DNA from: Synechococcus sp.
GTDB taxonomy: Bacteria; Cyanobacteriota; Cyanobacteriia; PCC-6307; Cyanobiaceae
Assembly: GCA_047285535.1 (NCBI GenBank)
Contig: JBJBDC010000001.1
Span: 2,560,136-2,624,135 of the forward strand
Length of the DNA: 64,000 bases
Direction: 5' to 3'
The position numbers and the translations under genes were made by a program. Below are positions 8,990 to 18,750 of the stretch, one piece after another (within the stretch, counting starts at the first letter, position 1; every line of letters begins with the position of its first letter). The notes under the pieces were generated by a model that did no database searches, had not been told where the DNA came from, and saw only the letters and a list, made by a program, of their open reading frames with translations.

Positions 8990-9747
8990 ATAAGACTCGT
9001 GTAATCCCTGTACTTCTTCTAAAAGGTAAAGGATTGGTAAAAACCGTGCAGTTTAAAAATCCAAAGTACATAGGTGATCCTATAAATTCTGTTCGTATTT
9101 TTAATGAGAAAGAAGTTGATGAGTTGGTTTTTCTTGATATTAGCGCAACCCCTGAGGGTAGAGGACCTGACTTTGCTTTATTAGCTGACATTGCTAGTGA
9201 AGCCTTTATGCCAATGGCCTATGGCGGAGGTATTTCTTCTCTTGATCAGATTCAGAAAGTCCTTGCACTTGGATTCGAAAAGGTAGTGATTAATTCTCAG
9301 GCATATGCAAAACCGGATTTGATTCGTGAAGCGGTCTCAATTTTTGGTTCGCAAAGTATTGTTGGCTGTGTCGATGTTAGAAATGGATTGTTCTCTCGTT
9401 TTAAACTTTGTTCTAATTCAGCCAAGAAAAAACAAAAAATTCGTTTGTTAGAGCACCTCTCAGCACTTGAGCGTTTAGGGATTGGCGAGCTAATCGTTAA
9501 TTCTGTAGATAAAGATGGTACTTTTGCTGGCTATGATCTAAAGCTACTTGAATTGATTACTTCTTCAACCAGTGTGCCTGTAGTGGCTTTGGGTGGAGCG
9601 GCGAGTATTGATGATTTTGTATCGGCTGTTGAACTTGCTGGAGTTTCAGCTGTTGCGGCAGGCAGCTTTTTTGTTTTTGTAGGACCACATAGAGCTGTTT
9701 TAATTAGTTATCCTAATCGTGATGATTTATTAAAACGATTGCCGTAG
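8986..9747 (+). CDS. HisF-like cyclase-fold protein of acetamidino-sugar loci (WbuZ/AglZ-like)
   Basis: RVIPVLLL..GLVKT, YIGDPINSVRIFNEKEVDEL, FMPMAYGGG, AAGSFFVFVGPHRAVLISYP. Confidence 0.9.
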   Translation: MNKTRVIPVLLLKGKGLVKTVQFKNPKYIGDPINSVRIFNEKEVDELVFLDISATPEGRGPDFALLADIASEAFMPMAYGGGISSLDQIQKVLALGFEKVVINSQAYAKPDLIREAVSIFGSQSIVGCVDVRNGLFSRFKLCSNSAKKKQKIRLLEHLSALERLGIGELIVNSVDKDGTFAGYDLKLLELITSSTSVPVVALGGAASIDDFVSAVELAGVSAVAAGSFFVFVGPHRAVLISYPNRDDLLKRLP

Positions 9748-9959
9748 CGGCTCAAAGCCTTTTTTAATAGCATTACTCTTCGGTTTGGATATTCGTGCTA
9801 ATACTTGAATTCGAAGAATTGAGATTGTTCGACTAATTCTGTTTTTGAGCATTAATAAGGTTTATTTGTCTGCTATTGTCTTGCATTGTTGTTTATTAGA
9901 GTTTGATCTTAGCCATCGCAGGCCAGCTTTTTCCTGTGGAGTTTTGAGACCGTTATTTC

Positions 9960-9968
9960 TGGTATACT
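9960..9968 (+). promoter_or_regulatory. Candidate extended -10 promoter element (TGnTATACT)
   Basis: TGGTATACT, 25 nt upstream of the ATG at 9994. Motif match only. Confidence 0.3.
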
Positions 9969-9993
9969 TAGCCGTTGATATTGTTGATGACTG

Positions 9994-11226
9994 ATGAAAG
10001 ATTTTCTTCCTAATTACATGAATCGAGTCCAGCCAATCCGTGCACCTATCGACGGTTCACCCATTACAAAAGCAGCTTATGTACATCCTGATCGACCCTA
10101 TCAAGTATGTACTAGATGTGTTATGGATACAACCGATCCTGAAATTCAATTTGATCATTTAGGAGTTTGTAATCATTGTCGCTATTTCGAGAGCAGCGTT
10201 AAATCTCAATGGCCGGCACCTGAAGAAGGCCGAATGTTACTTGAGAAAATGCTTAGCAAGGTGAAAGCCTTTGGCAAGGGCAAAAAGTACGATTGCATCA
10301 TCGGCTTATCAGGAGGTGTTGATAGCTCTTATCTTGCTGTCAAAGTGTCTGAATGGGGATTGCGCCCGCTTGTTGTGCATGTTGATGCTGGTTGGAATTC
10401 TGAACTTGCTGTGATGAATATTCAACAAATATGTAATCGGCTTGGTTTTGATTTAGTAACTCATGTTGTTGATTGGGAAGAAATGAAGGATATGCAGCTT
10501 GCATTCTTACGATCTAGTCTTGCTAATCAGGACGTTCCACAAGACCATGCTTTCTTTGCAGCGCTCTATGGTTATGCAATTAAATCAGGTATTAAGTATG
10601 TCATTACCGGAAGTAATTTTGCTACTGAAAGTATTCTTCCATCATCTTGGGGTTATGATGCAATGGATGCAACGCATCTCAAAGTAATTCACAAAAGGTT
10701 TGGTCGGGGCAATAGTGGTGCTTTCCCAGTTATTGGATTTTTTGATTATTTTATTAGATATCCGGTGATTTTACGCATGGAAGTATTAAAGCCGCTTAAT
10801 TATATTTCATATTCCAAAGATGAAGCGATCAATACTTTGCAGAAAGATTATGGTTGGCGATACTATGGTGGTAAGCATTATGAATCACGTTGGACAAGAT
10901 TTTTTCAAGGATATTACTTACCATTTAAATTTGGATATGATAAGAGAAAAGCACATCTCTCAAGTCTTGTTCTTTCTGAACAGTTGAGTCGCACTATGGC
11001 GATGGAGGCACTGAACTCTCCTTTATATGAAGAAAAAACTTTGGACGAAGATAAGCGTTTCATAGCCAAAAAACTTGGTATTTCATTGCAAGATTTAGAT
11101 GATCTACTCATAAACCCAACACATCATTATAGTGAATTTCCAAATCATCAACGTAAGAAAAAATTTATACGCACGATTTATCGCCTTGTAAAACCTTTTG
11201 CAGGTTTTCTGAGGCATTTCTCTTAA
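9994..11226 (+). CDS. N-acetyl sugar amidotransferase 1 (WbuX/PseA/PtmG family)
   Basis: CTRCVMDT..GVCNHC, YDCIIGLSGGVDSS PP-loop, GWNSELAV, YGGKHYES, DKRKAHLSSL. Confidence 0.9.
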   Translation: MKDFLPNYMNRVQPIRAPIDGSPITKAAYVHPDRPYQVCTRCVMDTTDPEIQFDHLGVCNHCRYFESSVKSQWPAPEEGRMLLEKMLSKVKAFGKGKKYDCIIGLSGGVDSSYLAVKVSEWGLRPLVVHVDAGWNSELAVMNIQQICNRLGFDLVTHVVDWEEMKDMQLAFLRSSLANQDVPQDHAFFAALYGYAIKSGIKYVITGSNFATESILPSSWGYDAMDATHLKVIHKRFGRGNSGAFPVIGFFDYFIRYPVILRMEVLKPLNYISYSKDEAINTLQKDYGWRYYGGKHYESRWTRFFQGYYLPFKFGYDKRKAHLSSLVLSEQLSRTMAMEALNSPLYEEKTLDEDKRFIAKKLGISLQDLDDLLINPTHHYSEFPNHQRKKKFIRTIYRLVKPFAGFLRHFS

Positions 11227-11585
11227 CAGCTTTTAATTACACCTGTGCTTCAATGGCTTTCCATTAGGTTTATGGTTATAGCTTCTCAATATCAAGTCTA
11301 TTGATATATTTTTAATGCTCCTTCGTTTTTGTTGCGTTAATTAGCTTAGTGGCACAATGATTTTTCTATGACTGGTTGAACATATTGGCTTGTTTGCTTA
11401 ATAGTAGTCGATGAAATTCAATCCTTTATGGTAACCCACTCATTCTCTTATCATGTCATGATTTATTGTTTTGTGCTATTTCGATGATTTAAGCACCATT
11501 GGAATACAATCTGTTGTGATTTTACTATTAAATGAGTCTCCTCTGGTTTATGCTTTGCAAGAACTAAGCGTCAAATTTATCGACA

Positions 11586-12758
11586 ATGAGTCAAAGTACT
11601 AATGTTCTCTTGATGTGTCTATCTGATCCAGCATGTGATCCTCGTCCTTATCGGAATATTCATTTTTTTCATGAGTTGGGATATTCTGTTGATACTCTAA
11701 GTTTTAGGCATTCAAAATGTCTTCCTGTAAGGAAAAGTTATTGTATTCCATCTCCATCATCATCTTTATTGCACAAATTATTGAGGTTAGGTTTTGAGTT
11801 CTTACAAGGAATTAGTGTTCATATGGGTAGTCATGGAAAACGTTTTTCACTTTCAATTAATCAGATTAAACACTCTCTTTCTGATTTGATATTAAGTTTT
11901 GATGGTGATTTGTACGAACTGATTGTTGTTGAAGATCTTCACCTTCTTCCACTTGCATTCTCTATTAATCGTAATGCAAATATCCTCTTCGATGCAAGAG
12001 AATATTATCCACTTCAAAATGATTCTTCAATTAGATTTAAAGTCTTTGAAGCACCATTCCGAGACTTCTTGCTGAGGCGATTTGCAAATCGCTGTAATTG
12101 TCTGATAACAGTCTCTAATGGTTTACGAGTTGCTTACCAAAAGTTTTATAGTCTGGATATGCAAGTTATCACAAGTGCCCCTCCATTTCAGGATTTACCA
12201 GTTCAGCCAACTTTTAATAGATTTAGATTGGTTCATCATGGAGCTGCAAATAAAAATCGGGGACTTCATAAGATGATTGAAATTGTTCGTAGATTGGATG
12301 ATAGATACAGCCTTGATCTCTATTTGGTCGGCAACCAAGCTTATATAGACCAACTTCAGCTTTTCATAGGCAATTGCAATCGTATTCGATTGCTTCCTGC
12401 AGTTCCTTTCGAGAGTATTATTCCAACTTTAAGAAATTATGATATAGGGTTTTATTACCTCGAACCAACGAACTTCAATCTTCGCCATTGCCTCCCTAAT
12501 AAATTCTTTGAGTTTATTCAAGCTAGGCTTGCTTTAGCAATTGGTCCTTCTCCAGAAATGAGTGCCTTAGTAAAAAAGTATGGATGTGGATTTGTATCGC
12601 AAGATTTTACCATAGATTCGATGGTACGTACGTTAAGTGAGCTTACCTTGAACGATATTCATGCATCTAAAGTCAACAGCAGTAAAGCTGCGGCTGAACT
12701 TTGCTTTGAAAAGGAGTCCACCAAATTACTTTCAATCACGAAAACACTCCTTCATTGA
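11586..12758 (+). CDS. Glycosyltransferase (GT-B, GT4-like)
   Basis: FDAREYYP, LVHHGAA..NRGL, YDIG, LPNKFFEFIQARL, GPSPEM. Confidence 0.8.
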   Translation: MSQSTNVLLMCLSDPACDPRPYRNIHFFHELGYSVDTLSFRHSKCLPVRKSYCIPSPSSSLLHKLLRLGFEFLQGISVHMGSHGKRFSLSINQIKHSLSDLILSFDGDLYELIVVEDLHLLPLAFSINRNANILFDAREYYPLQNDSSIRFKVFEAPFRDFLLRRFANRCNCLITVSNGLRVAYQKFYSLDMQVITSAPPFQDLPVQPTFNRFRLVHHGAANKNRGLHKMIEIVRRLDDRYSLDLYLVGNQAYIDQLQLFIGNCNRIRLLPAVPFESIIPTLRNYDIGFYYLEPTNFNLRHCLPNKFFEFIQARLALAIGPSPEMSALVKKYGCGFVSQDFTIDSMVRTLSELTLNDIHASKVNSSKAAAELCFEKESTKLLSITKTLLH

Positions 12759-12829
12759 TATTTTAAATCATTCACTTTTTATTGCCTGGTTCTGACCTAA
12801 TTGTTATTGAATATCAGGGACTGTATGAT

Positions 12830-13370
12830 ATTCACTATGGTTTTTATGCCATCTGTTTTTTACTTGATCATGCCAAGGGTTTTCCCCAATCCATCTTTTT
12901 TATGTTATTTGGTAGAATCATTATTACTGTACCGCTCTAACACTTTGTCTTGCTAATGAATATTCATATGCTGACTCAATAAAGGTGATATATTGCTTCT
13001 TCCGTGAGCCATATTTGCGCAGACTGGCCTTAATCTGTAAGGCATATGTATAAGTCACTTGTTGTTTTTTGCGCAAGTGCGAAGCTCACGATCTCCCTCG
13101 ATAATTATAAGTGCTTTTAAATATGAAGATCATTCTTGGCAAATATAGATTAACTACCTGCTGTATTGCCTCCTTTTTATTTTTAAGTTTATAATCATCT
13201 TCTTTGTGTGCTATCCAGTGTTTTTCCTCATGCGTCGAATTCTTTTGCTTTTTCATTTTGCGATGTCTGTGTGAACATGTTAAATATACCTATGAAGCTC
13301 ATACTATTTTGCCATTCTGAAGGCTCTCTACATTGGCCCTTTCTTTGTTGTTTTAAATTCTAATTTTGTC
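12830..13370 (+). pseudogene. Probable heavily decayed HisH-like (WbuY-like) relic
   Basis: Fragments IHYG (cf. VDYG), LLLP* (cf. LLLPG), FYF at 13175 and HSEGS at 13313 (cf. HPEKS) occur in the correct order. The span is about HisH length and lies directly before the HisF relic. Confidence 0.4.
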
Positions 13371-13419
13371 TTTGTGTTGAATAAAAATTTTCTTTAGATC
13401 TTTTCGCTCTATCATTCTT

Positions 13420-14155
13420 TGATTCTTGCATTGCTAATGTCTAGGGGTGGTTTGTTTGAAGCGCATATTTTATTCTGCCCAATATGTTGGTGATCCTATT
13501 AATACTATGTGAATATTTAACAAAAAGAGCTAGACTGCCTTATGGCTTCAATGCTCTCACTGTTAAGTATAGACTCGTAACAGATTTTGATTTGATTGAG
13601 CAGCTTGCACGTTAATGTTTCATGTCTTAGTTTCTAATTGTAGTATTTTTAATCTTGACCAAGTAAGGCGTATTGTTGCTTCGAGTCTGGCAAAGATCTG
13701 GATCTAGGCTCTAGTCTTCGACAATCCTTTTTTCTGAGAGCTTGTAGATTCTTTGAGGCTCAAAATATTTTGCTCTTATTAGACATAAAGTGAAAATGCT
13801 ATGCTTCTTTATGAGCCTATGCATCGGCTTGATCTTGACAGGTGATTGGACTTCACTTTTGTCTCATTGCGTTGATACAGGTGCAGGAAAATATTTTTTA
13901 CTTATATCTGTCAACAAAGTCGCTTCATTTTCCTTCCTTGATATGGTCGTGATATAAGTTGTTAGTTAACAGATCGATGTTTTTATTATTGCATCAGGTG
14001 GGATTTTTTGTCTGTCTGTTATTCAGTCAGCAGTAGATGCAAACGCTGGTCCAGTTGCTGCTTGCTCTTTTTTTGTTTACTAGGGTTTTTCCCATGCAGT
14101 ATTAATCATATATCCTAGATATGATGAACCCGAAAAGCTTTTGATTCAGCCATGG
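13420..14155 (+). pseudogene. Decayed second HisF-like (WbuZ-like) gene
   Basis: Manual translation across frameshifts gives ILALLMSRGGL (13422), YVGDPINTM*IFN (13483), DFDLIEQLAR*CFM (13583), LDQVRRIVAS (13654), GAG..LLISVNK (13880), IIASGG (13985) and VAACSFFVY*GFSHAVLIIYPRYDE (14054). These are colinear with the intact copy at 8986-9747. Confidence 0.85.
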
Positions 14156-15309
14156 TATATCCCCAAATTTTCCCCAAGCACGTTGATCCTTATCAACAGT
14201 GTACTCGTTGTGTTATGGATACATCAGCGGCAGAAATTAGATTTGATTCTTATGGCGTATGTAGTTTTTGCACCGAATTTCTCGATCGTTCAAGTCATAT
14301 CATTAACGAAAGCCAGGATATGAAGGATGTAAAATTGGATCAGCTAGTCCGACAAGTTAGAGATTCTGGAAAAGGCAAGCCATATGACTGCATAGTAGGT
14401 GTCTCTGGCGGTGTTGATAGCTCCTGGACATTAGTTCAAGTTAAAAAACTCGGTTTACGTCCACTTGCTGTGCATATGGATAATGGTTGGAATTCGGAAT
14501 TGGCTCAAAGTAATATCGCCAATCTTGTACGTGCTACAAATGTTGATTTGTATACACATGTTATTAACTGGACAGAGTATCGGGAATTAATGAATGCTTT
14601 TTTTGCTGCCGATGTTGTAGATGTTGAGCTTCTTTATGATAATGCTATGATTGCCGTTAACTATCAACAGGCTGCAAGGTACGGTCTTAAGTATATTTTA
14701 GCTGGCACTAATCAGTCTACTGAAGGCATGCGAATGCCTAGGGATTGGAACTGGTTTAAATTTGACAAAAGAAATATTCAGTCTATTGCCCTCGATTTCG
14801 GTCCTGTCCGTACCACTACCTTCCCTTCGATTGGCGTGTCAGGATTTATCTGGAATAATTTCGTTCGGCGTATTACATGGACATCGTTTTTGGATTATCT
14901 TACTTATAATAAAAATTCAGCACTGGAAGAATTAGAGAAGTATTACGACTATAAGCGATATCCTTATAAGCACTATGAGTCTATTTTTACTCGCTTCTAC
15001 CAAGGATATATTTTACCTCGAAAGTTTGGAGTCGATAAAAGAAAAATCCATTTTTCAACTCTTGTCGCTTCTGGACAAATGTCACGCGAGGAGGCTTTAG
15101 AGGGTCTTGTTGGCCTTCCATATACTTCTGAATTGCAATTAGAATCTGACTTGGCTTATTTCCTGAAAAAAATGAAATGGTCAGAATCTGACCTTGATAA
15201 TTATATTTCTAGGCCTGGTATACCACATAATCATTACTCTACGGAAAGACCGGTGTGGGAGCTTCTTGCAAAAATCCATAAAAAAATGCTTGGTAGGTCT
15301 ACACTTTGA
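14152..15309 (+). CDS. N-acetyl sugar amidotransferase 2 (WbuX family)
   Basis: CTRCVMDT..GVCSFC, YDCIVGVSGGVDSS, MDNGWNSELA, YPYKHYES, DKRKIHFSTL. Confidence 0.9.
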   Translation: MVYPQIFPKHVDPYQQCTRCVMDTSAAEIRFDSYGVCSFCTEFLDRSSHIINESQDMKDVKLDQLVRQVRDSGKGKPYDCIVGVSGGVDSSWTLVQVKKLGLRPLAVHMDNGWNSELAQSNIANLVRATNVDLYTHVINWTEYRELMNAFFAADVVDVELLYDNAMIAVNYQQAARYGLKYILAGTNQSTEGMRMPRDWNWFKFDKRNIQSIALDFGPVRTTTFPSIGVSGFIWNNFVRRITWTSFLDYLTYNKNSALEELEKYYDYKRYPYKHYESIFTRFYQGYILPRKFGVDKRKIHFSTLVASGQMSREEALEGLVGLPYTSELQLESDLAYFLKKMKWSESDLDNYISRPGIPHNHYSTERPVWELLAKIHKKMLGRSTL

Positions 15310-15721
15310 CTTGACGATGTATTTAAGATTCTGCAAATATAGTATTTTCTTTATTAAGGACCCAGTATATCCAAAATTTCACTCCTTATGTGCTAGCAGT
15401 GTATTGCGCTTATGCTTGAGTGAGCTTAGCAATACTGCTAGGTGATGTGTTTTTGCAAGCTTTTGCTGGATGGGTCATGATTAATCTGGAATATCTTATT
15501 TTCCTTGAATTCCTCTATTCCGTTGGCATATTCATCTGTTTCTTGACTCATTTTTTGTTTGTTAGGTTGAGGTATTACCCGATTGTTAGTATATTCTTTA
15601 TGTTCAATGCTTAATTTTGGCCGTGCCTAGATGTTTGCATCTTAAATATCGTGTAAATGCTTATTGTTTAAGTCGTTGAAGGTATTCGTTTAAGCCTGGC
15701 CTTCCTGGTTCCCTGTTGTCG

Positions 15722-15727
15722 TATAAT
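15722..15727 (+). promoter_or_regulatory. Candidate -10 element TATAAT
   Basis: Perfect TATAAT 32 nt upstream of the TTG start at 15760. No clear -35 element, and the context is AT-rich. Confidence 0.25.
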
Positions 15728-15759
15728 CAATAGAGATACTGCTTAGCGTGGTGTAAGGA

Positions 15760-16851
15760 TTGACTCGTTATTTGATTATTACGCGTACGGAATGGATTGA
15801 GTCTCCGCGAATGCGTCACCAAGTTGCTTTGCTTCTTGCTCGGGCTGGTCATTCTGTTTATTTTATTCAAAAGCCTCGTTGTCTGTTTCCCCCCACATTC
15901 TCTTCTCGTTCTTGCGATTTTGATGCTGATTGTATCTCCTTCGGTTCATCAATAGAATTATTACATCATCAATTGCGTATTTTCCCTTGCTTGCATCGTC
16001 TAAACGCAAGTTTGGCATCATGTGACTTGAGGAAAACAGTTAACAGCCTGGACGGCACTTCGCCACAAGTTATCATTAATTTTAATTATGATGCTTTTTG
16101 GTTGCGAGCCGTTTTCCCTGATCTACCTATCTTAACCATCATTAATGATGATTTTGAGGCGCTTGGTCGACTTGGGTTCCGTCGCCACCTCACCTGGGCT
16201 CTGAGGCGTACATGTGTTATGTCTACGAGAGTTTTTACCGTTTCTAACCCCCTAAAGCAGAGGCTTTCTAAGTGGTGTGAACCTGAGTTGTTTCTCCCAT
16301 GGGCTGACAAACCTTATCAACCACCGTCATTATCGTCTAGGCGTAATGTTTTGTTGTATTGGGGTTACATAAACAACAGGCTTGATATCGCCACCTTGCA
16401 AGGATGTGCATCTGAATTGTCTCGTGTTGGCCTTCGCTTGCGTTTTGTGGGCCCCATGGATTCGAGAGGAGCAAAGTTGAAGCGACTATTGTCAAACGAT
16501 TCTAATGTTGAATGGTTGCCAGCCACTCCTTTTGATCAACTGATTACTACAGATTGCTTTGCTGCTTTGCTTCCCTACCGCCTTGATTATTCACCTAATC
16601 TTGTTGCACAACTCCCTAATAAGGCTTTGCAGCTCCTCAGTCTCGGGTTGCCTTTGATCAGTACAGATTTGCCTCATATTCAAAGAGCTCAATTTTTGAT
16701 CACCTATCAGTCTGGGTCTCCTTCTTCTTTGATCATTGCTTGTAAATCTGCACTTGATCAGTTTTTGTCATTACAGGCAACCATCGCTGATTTTGTCGGA
16801 GTAAACAATCCAAAGGCACGTCTTACTCAGTTATTGGCGGGTATTGATTAA
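15760..16851 (+). CDS. Putative glycosyltransferase (GT-B)
   Basis: RMRHQVA, LYWGYINNRLD, FVGP, LLPY, PNKALQLLSLGLPLIST. TTG start. Confidence 0.7.
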   Translation: MTRYLIITRTEWIESPRMRHQVALLLARAGHSVYFIQKPRCLFPPTFSSRSCDFDADCISFGSSIELLHHQLRIFPCLHRLNASLASCDLRKTVNSLDGTSPQVIINFNYDAFWLRAVFPDLPILTIINDDFEALGRLGFRRHLTWALRRTCVMSTRVFTVSNPLKQRLSKWCEPELFLPWADKPYQPPSLSSRRNVLLYWGYINNRLDIATLQGCASELSRVGLRLRFVGPMDSRGAKLKRLLSNDSNVEWLPATPFDQLITTDCFAALLPYRLDYSPNLVAQLPNKALQLLSLGLPLISTDLPHIQRAQFLITYQSGSPSSLIIACKSALDQFLSLQATIADFVGVNNPKARLTQLLAGID

Positions 16852-16854
16852 CTC

Positions 16855-18750
16855 ATGTGCGGCATTGCAGGTTTTTTCGGTGATTTCCCTCAAGCTTGGC
16901 TCAATCAGGCAAACGCCCTGCAAGGGCATCGCGGTCCAGATGATCAAGGTGTCTGGAGTGCTCCATCCGTTGGTTTGGCACATACTCGCTTGGCGATCCT
17001 CGATGTCACCTCCCTCGGCCATCAGCCAATGGCTTCAGTCGATGGACGCTTTCACATCGTTTTCAACGGCGAGATCTACAACTTTCAAGAACTTCGCCAG
17101 GAGTTGGCTTCCAGTGGTTTCGTGTTCTGCAGCCACAGCGACACTGAGGTGTTGCTTGCTCTCTGGCAGCATTGGGGTCCCGCCTGCCTGCCCAAGCTGA
17201 ATGGCATGTTCGTCTTCTCGATCTGGGATGCCGAGCTGAGCGAGCTATTTGTGGTGCGCGATCCCTCCGGGATTAAGCCACTGTTCTGGACCCAGTTGCC
17301 CGAGGGATTGATCTTCGCGAGTGAAGTTAAGGCTCTGGCGCCCCTACTCCACCCCCCGCAGCAGCCTTCAGCTGATGCCTTGTTACGTCAGCTTAGTTAT
17401 CTCTGGTGTCCGGGCCCAGGCACCCTGCATCCCTTGATCCAGAGTCTGGAGCCAGGTTCCTTGCTGCACTGCCGATTGGGTGAGCCTGTCGTGCCAATCC
17501 GCTGGTGCGCCCCGCTCCCTCCAGTGCACCTCGACTTAAAAACCCCCAACTCAGCCACAAAGGCAACTCTGGCTCATTTGCGTAGCGCTGTGCATGGCCA
17601 GATGGTCGCTGATGTGCCATTGGGAGCCTTTCTCTCCGGTGGTCTCGATTCCAGTGCTGTTGTTGCTCTCGCCCGAGAGTGCGATCCAAAGCTGCAGTGC
17701 TTCACGATTGTCAACCCTGGTGCGGCTGAGGCGGGCTTTGCCGACGACCTCCCCTATGCCCGCCATGTCGCCCGCTATCTGGGTGTGAATCTTACGGAAG
17801 TGGAAATTCAGCCCAGCGACCTTGAAGCGGAGCTTCGCTGGATGCTTGCTCAGTTGGATGCTCCCGTGGCCGATCCGGCCCCCCTTAATGTTTGGCATAT
17901 TTGTCGGGCTGCCCGCGGCCAAGGCATCAAGGTGTTGCTCTCCGGAGCCGGTGGCGACGACCTGTTCACGGGGTACCGCCGCCACCTCGCCCTCCAGGCC
18001 GAAGCTGTCTGGGGCTGGTGGCCGCGCCCCTTGCGTCGGGGGCTGCGCTTGGCGAGTTCGGTCATCAGTCAGTGTTCATCTCTCAGCCGTCGTCTTGCCC
18101 GTAGCTTTGAGTTGGCTGATGCAGATCCTCAAGAGCGTCTGATCCACTATTTCCGCTGGAGCTCGCCCACCCACCTTCGTCAGCTGCTTAGTGAGCCGCT
18201 GCAAAGACAACTCCACGACTACTTGGCTGTAAGGCCAATGCAGGATTGGCTTTCAGGCCTGCCACCTGGTCTAAGTCGCCTGCAGCAGATGCTGGCTCTT
18301 GAACAGCGTTTCTTCCTTGCAGATCACAACCTCCACTACACCGATGCCATGTCGATGGCTGCCGGTGTTGAGGTGCGTGTTCCCTTCCTTGATCCCGAGC
18401 TGCTGGCTTTCAGCTGGCGACTGCCCGACCGCTTTAAGCAGCGCGGCCGCTGCGGCAAGTGGGTGCTCAAGCAGGCCATGGCCGACATATTGCCTCACGA
18501 TGTTATTTATCGTTCAAAAACTGGTTTTGGAGCTCCATTAAGGCGTTGGTTGCTGCATGACTTAAGGAGTTTGGTGGAGGAAACCCTCAGTTCTGATCGC
18601 CTCGCTGCGGATGGTTTGTTCAATCCTTTAGCTGTTCATTCACTTCTTGATGATCAGCTCAGTGGTCGGCGCGATGCCACTTATACGATCTGGTCACTTG
18701 TATGCATCACTTTGTGGTGGGAGCGTCAGAGAAGTGCCAGCGATGAATAG
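16855..18750 (+). CDS. asnB: AsnB-like glutamine-hydrolysing amidotransferase (WbpS-like sugar amidation)
   Basis: MCGIAG N-terminal Cys, HRGPD, FNGEIYN, SDTEV, LSGGLDSS, SGAGGDDLF, EVRVPFLD, KTGF. Confidence 0.9.
   Translation: MCGIAGFFGDFPQAWLNQANALQGHRGPDDQGVWSAPSVGLAHTRLAILDVTSLGHQPMASVDGRFHIVFNGEIYNFQELRQELASSGFVFCSHSDTEVLLALWQHWGPACLPKLNGMFVFSIWDAELSELFVVRDPSGIKPLFWTQLPEGLIFASEVKALAPLLHPPQQPSADALLRQLSYLWCPGPGTLHPLIQSLEPGSLLHCRLGEPVVPIRWCAPLPPVHLDLKTPNSATKATLAHLRSAVHGQMVADVPLGAFLSGGLDSSAVVALARECDPKLQCFTIVNPGAAEAGFADDLPYARHVARYLGVNLTEVEIQPSDLEAELRWMLAQLDAPVADPAPLNVWHICRAARGQGIKVLLSGAGGDDLFTGYRRHLALQAEAVWGWWPRPLRRGLRLASSVISQCSSLSRRLARSFELADADPQERLIHYFRWSSPTHLRQLLSEPLQRQLHDYLAVRPMQDWLSGLPPGLSRLQQMLALEQRFFLADHNLHYTDAMSMAAGVEVRVPFLDPELLAFSWRLPDRFKQRGRCGKWVLKQAMADILPHDVIYRSKTGFGAPLRRWLLHDLRSLVEETLSSDRLAADGLFNPLAVHSLLDDQLSGRRDATYTIWSLVCITLWWERQRSASDE

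Noticed and set aside
8378..9747. hisH/hisF as histidine biosynthesis genes
   Set aside because: The GDPIN..IFNEKEVDE and AVLISYP signatures and the position next to a WbuX-type gene mark them as polysaccharide-modification paralogues.
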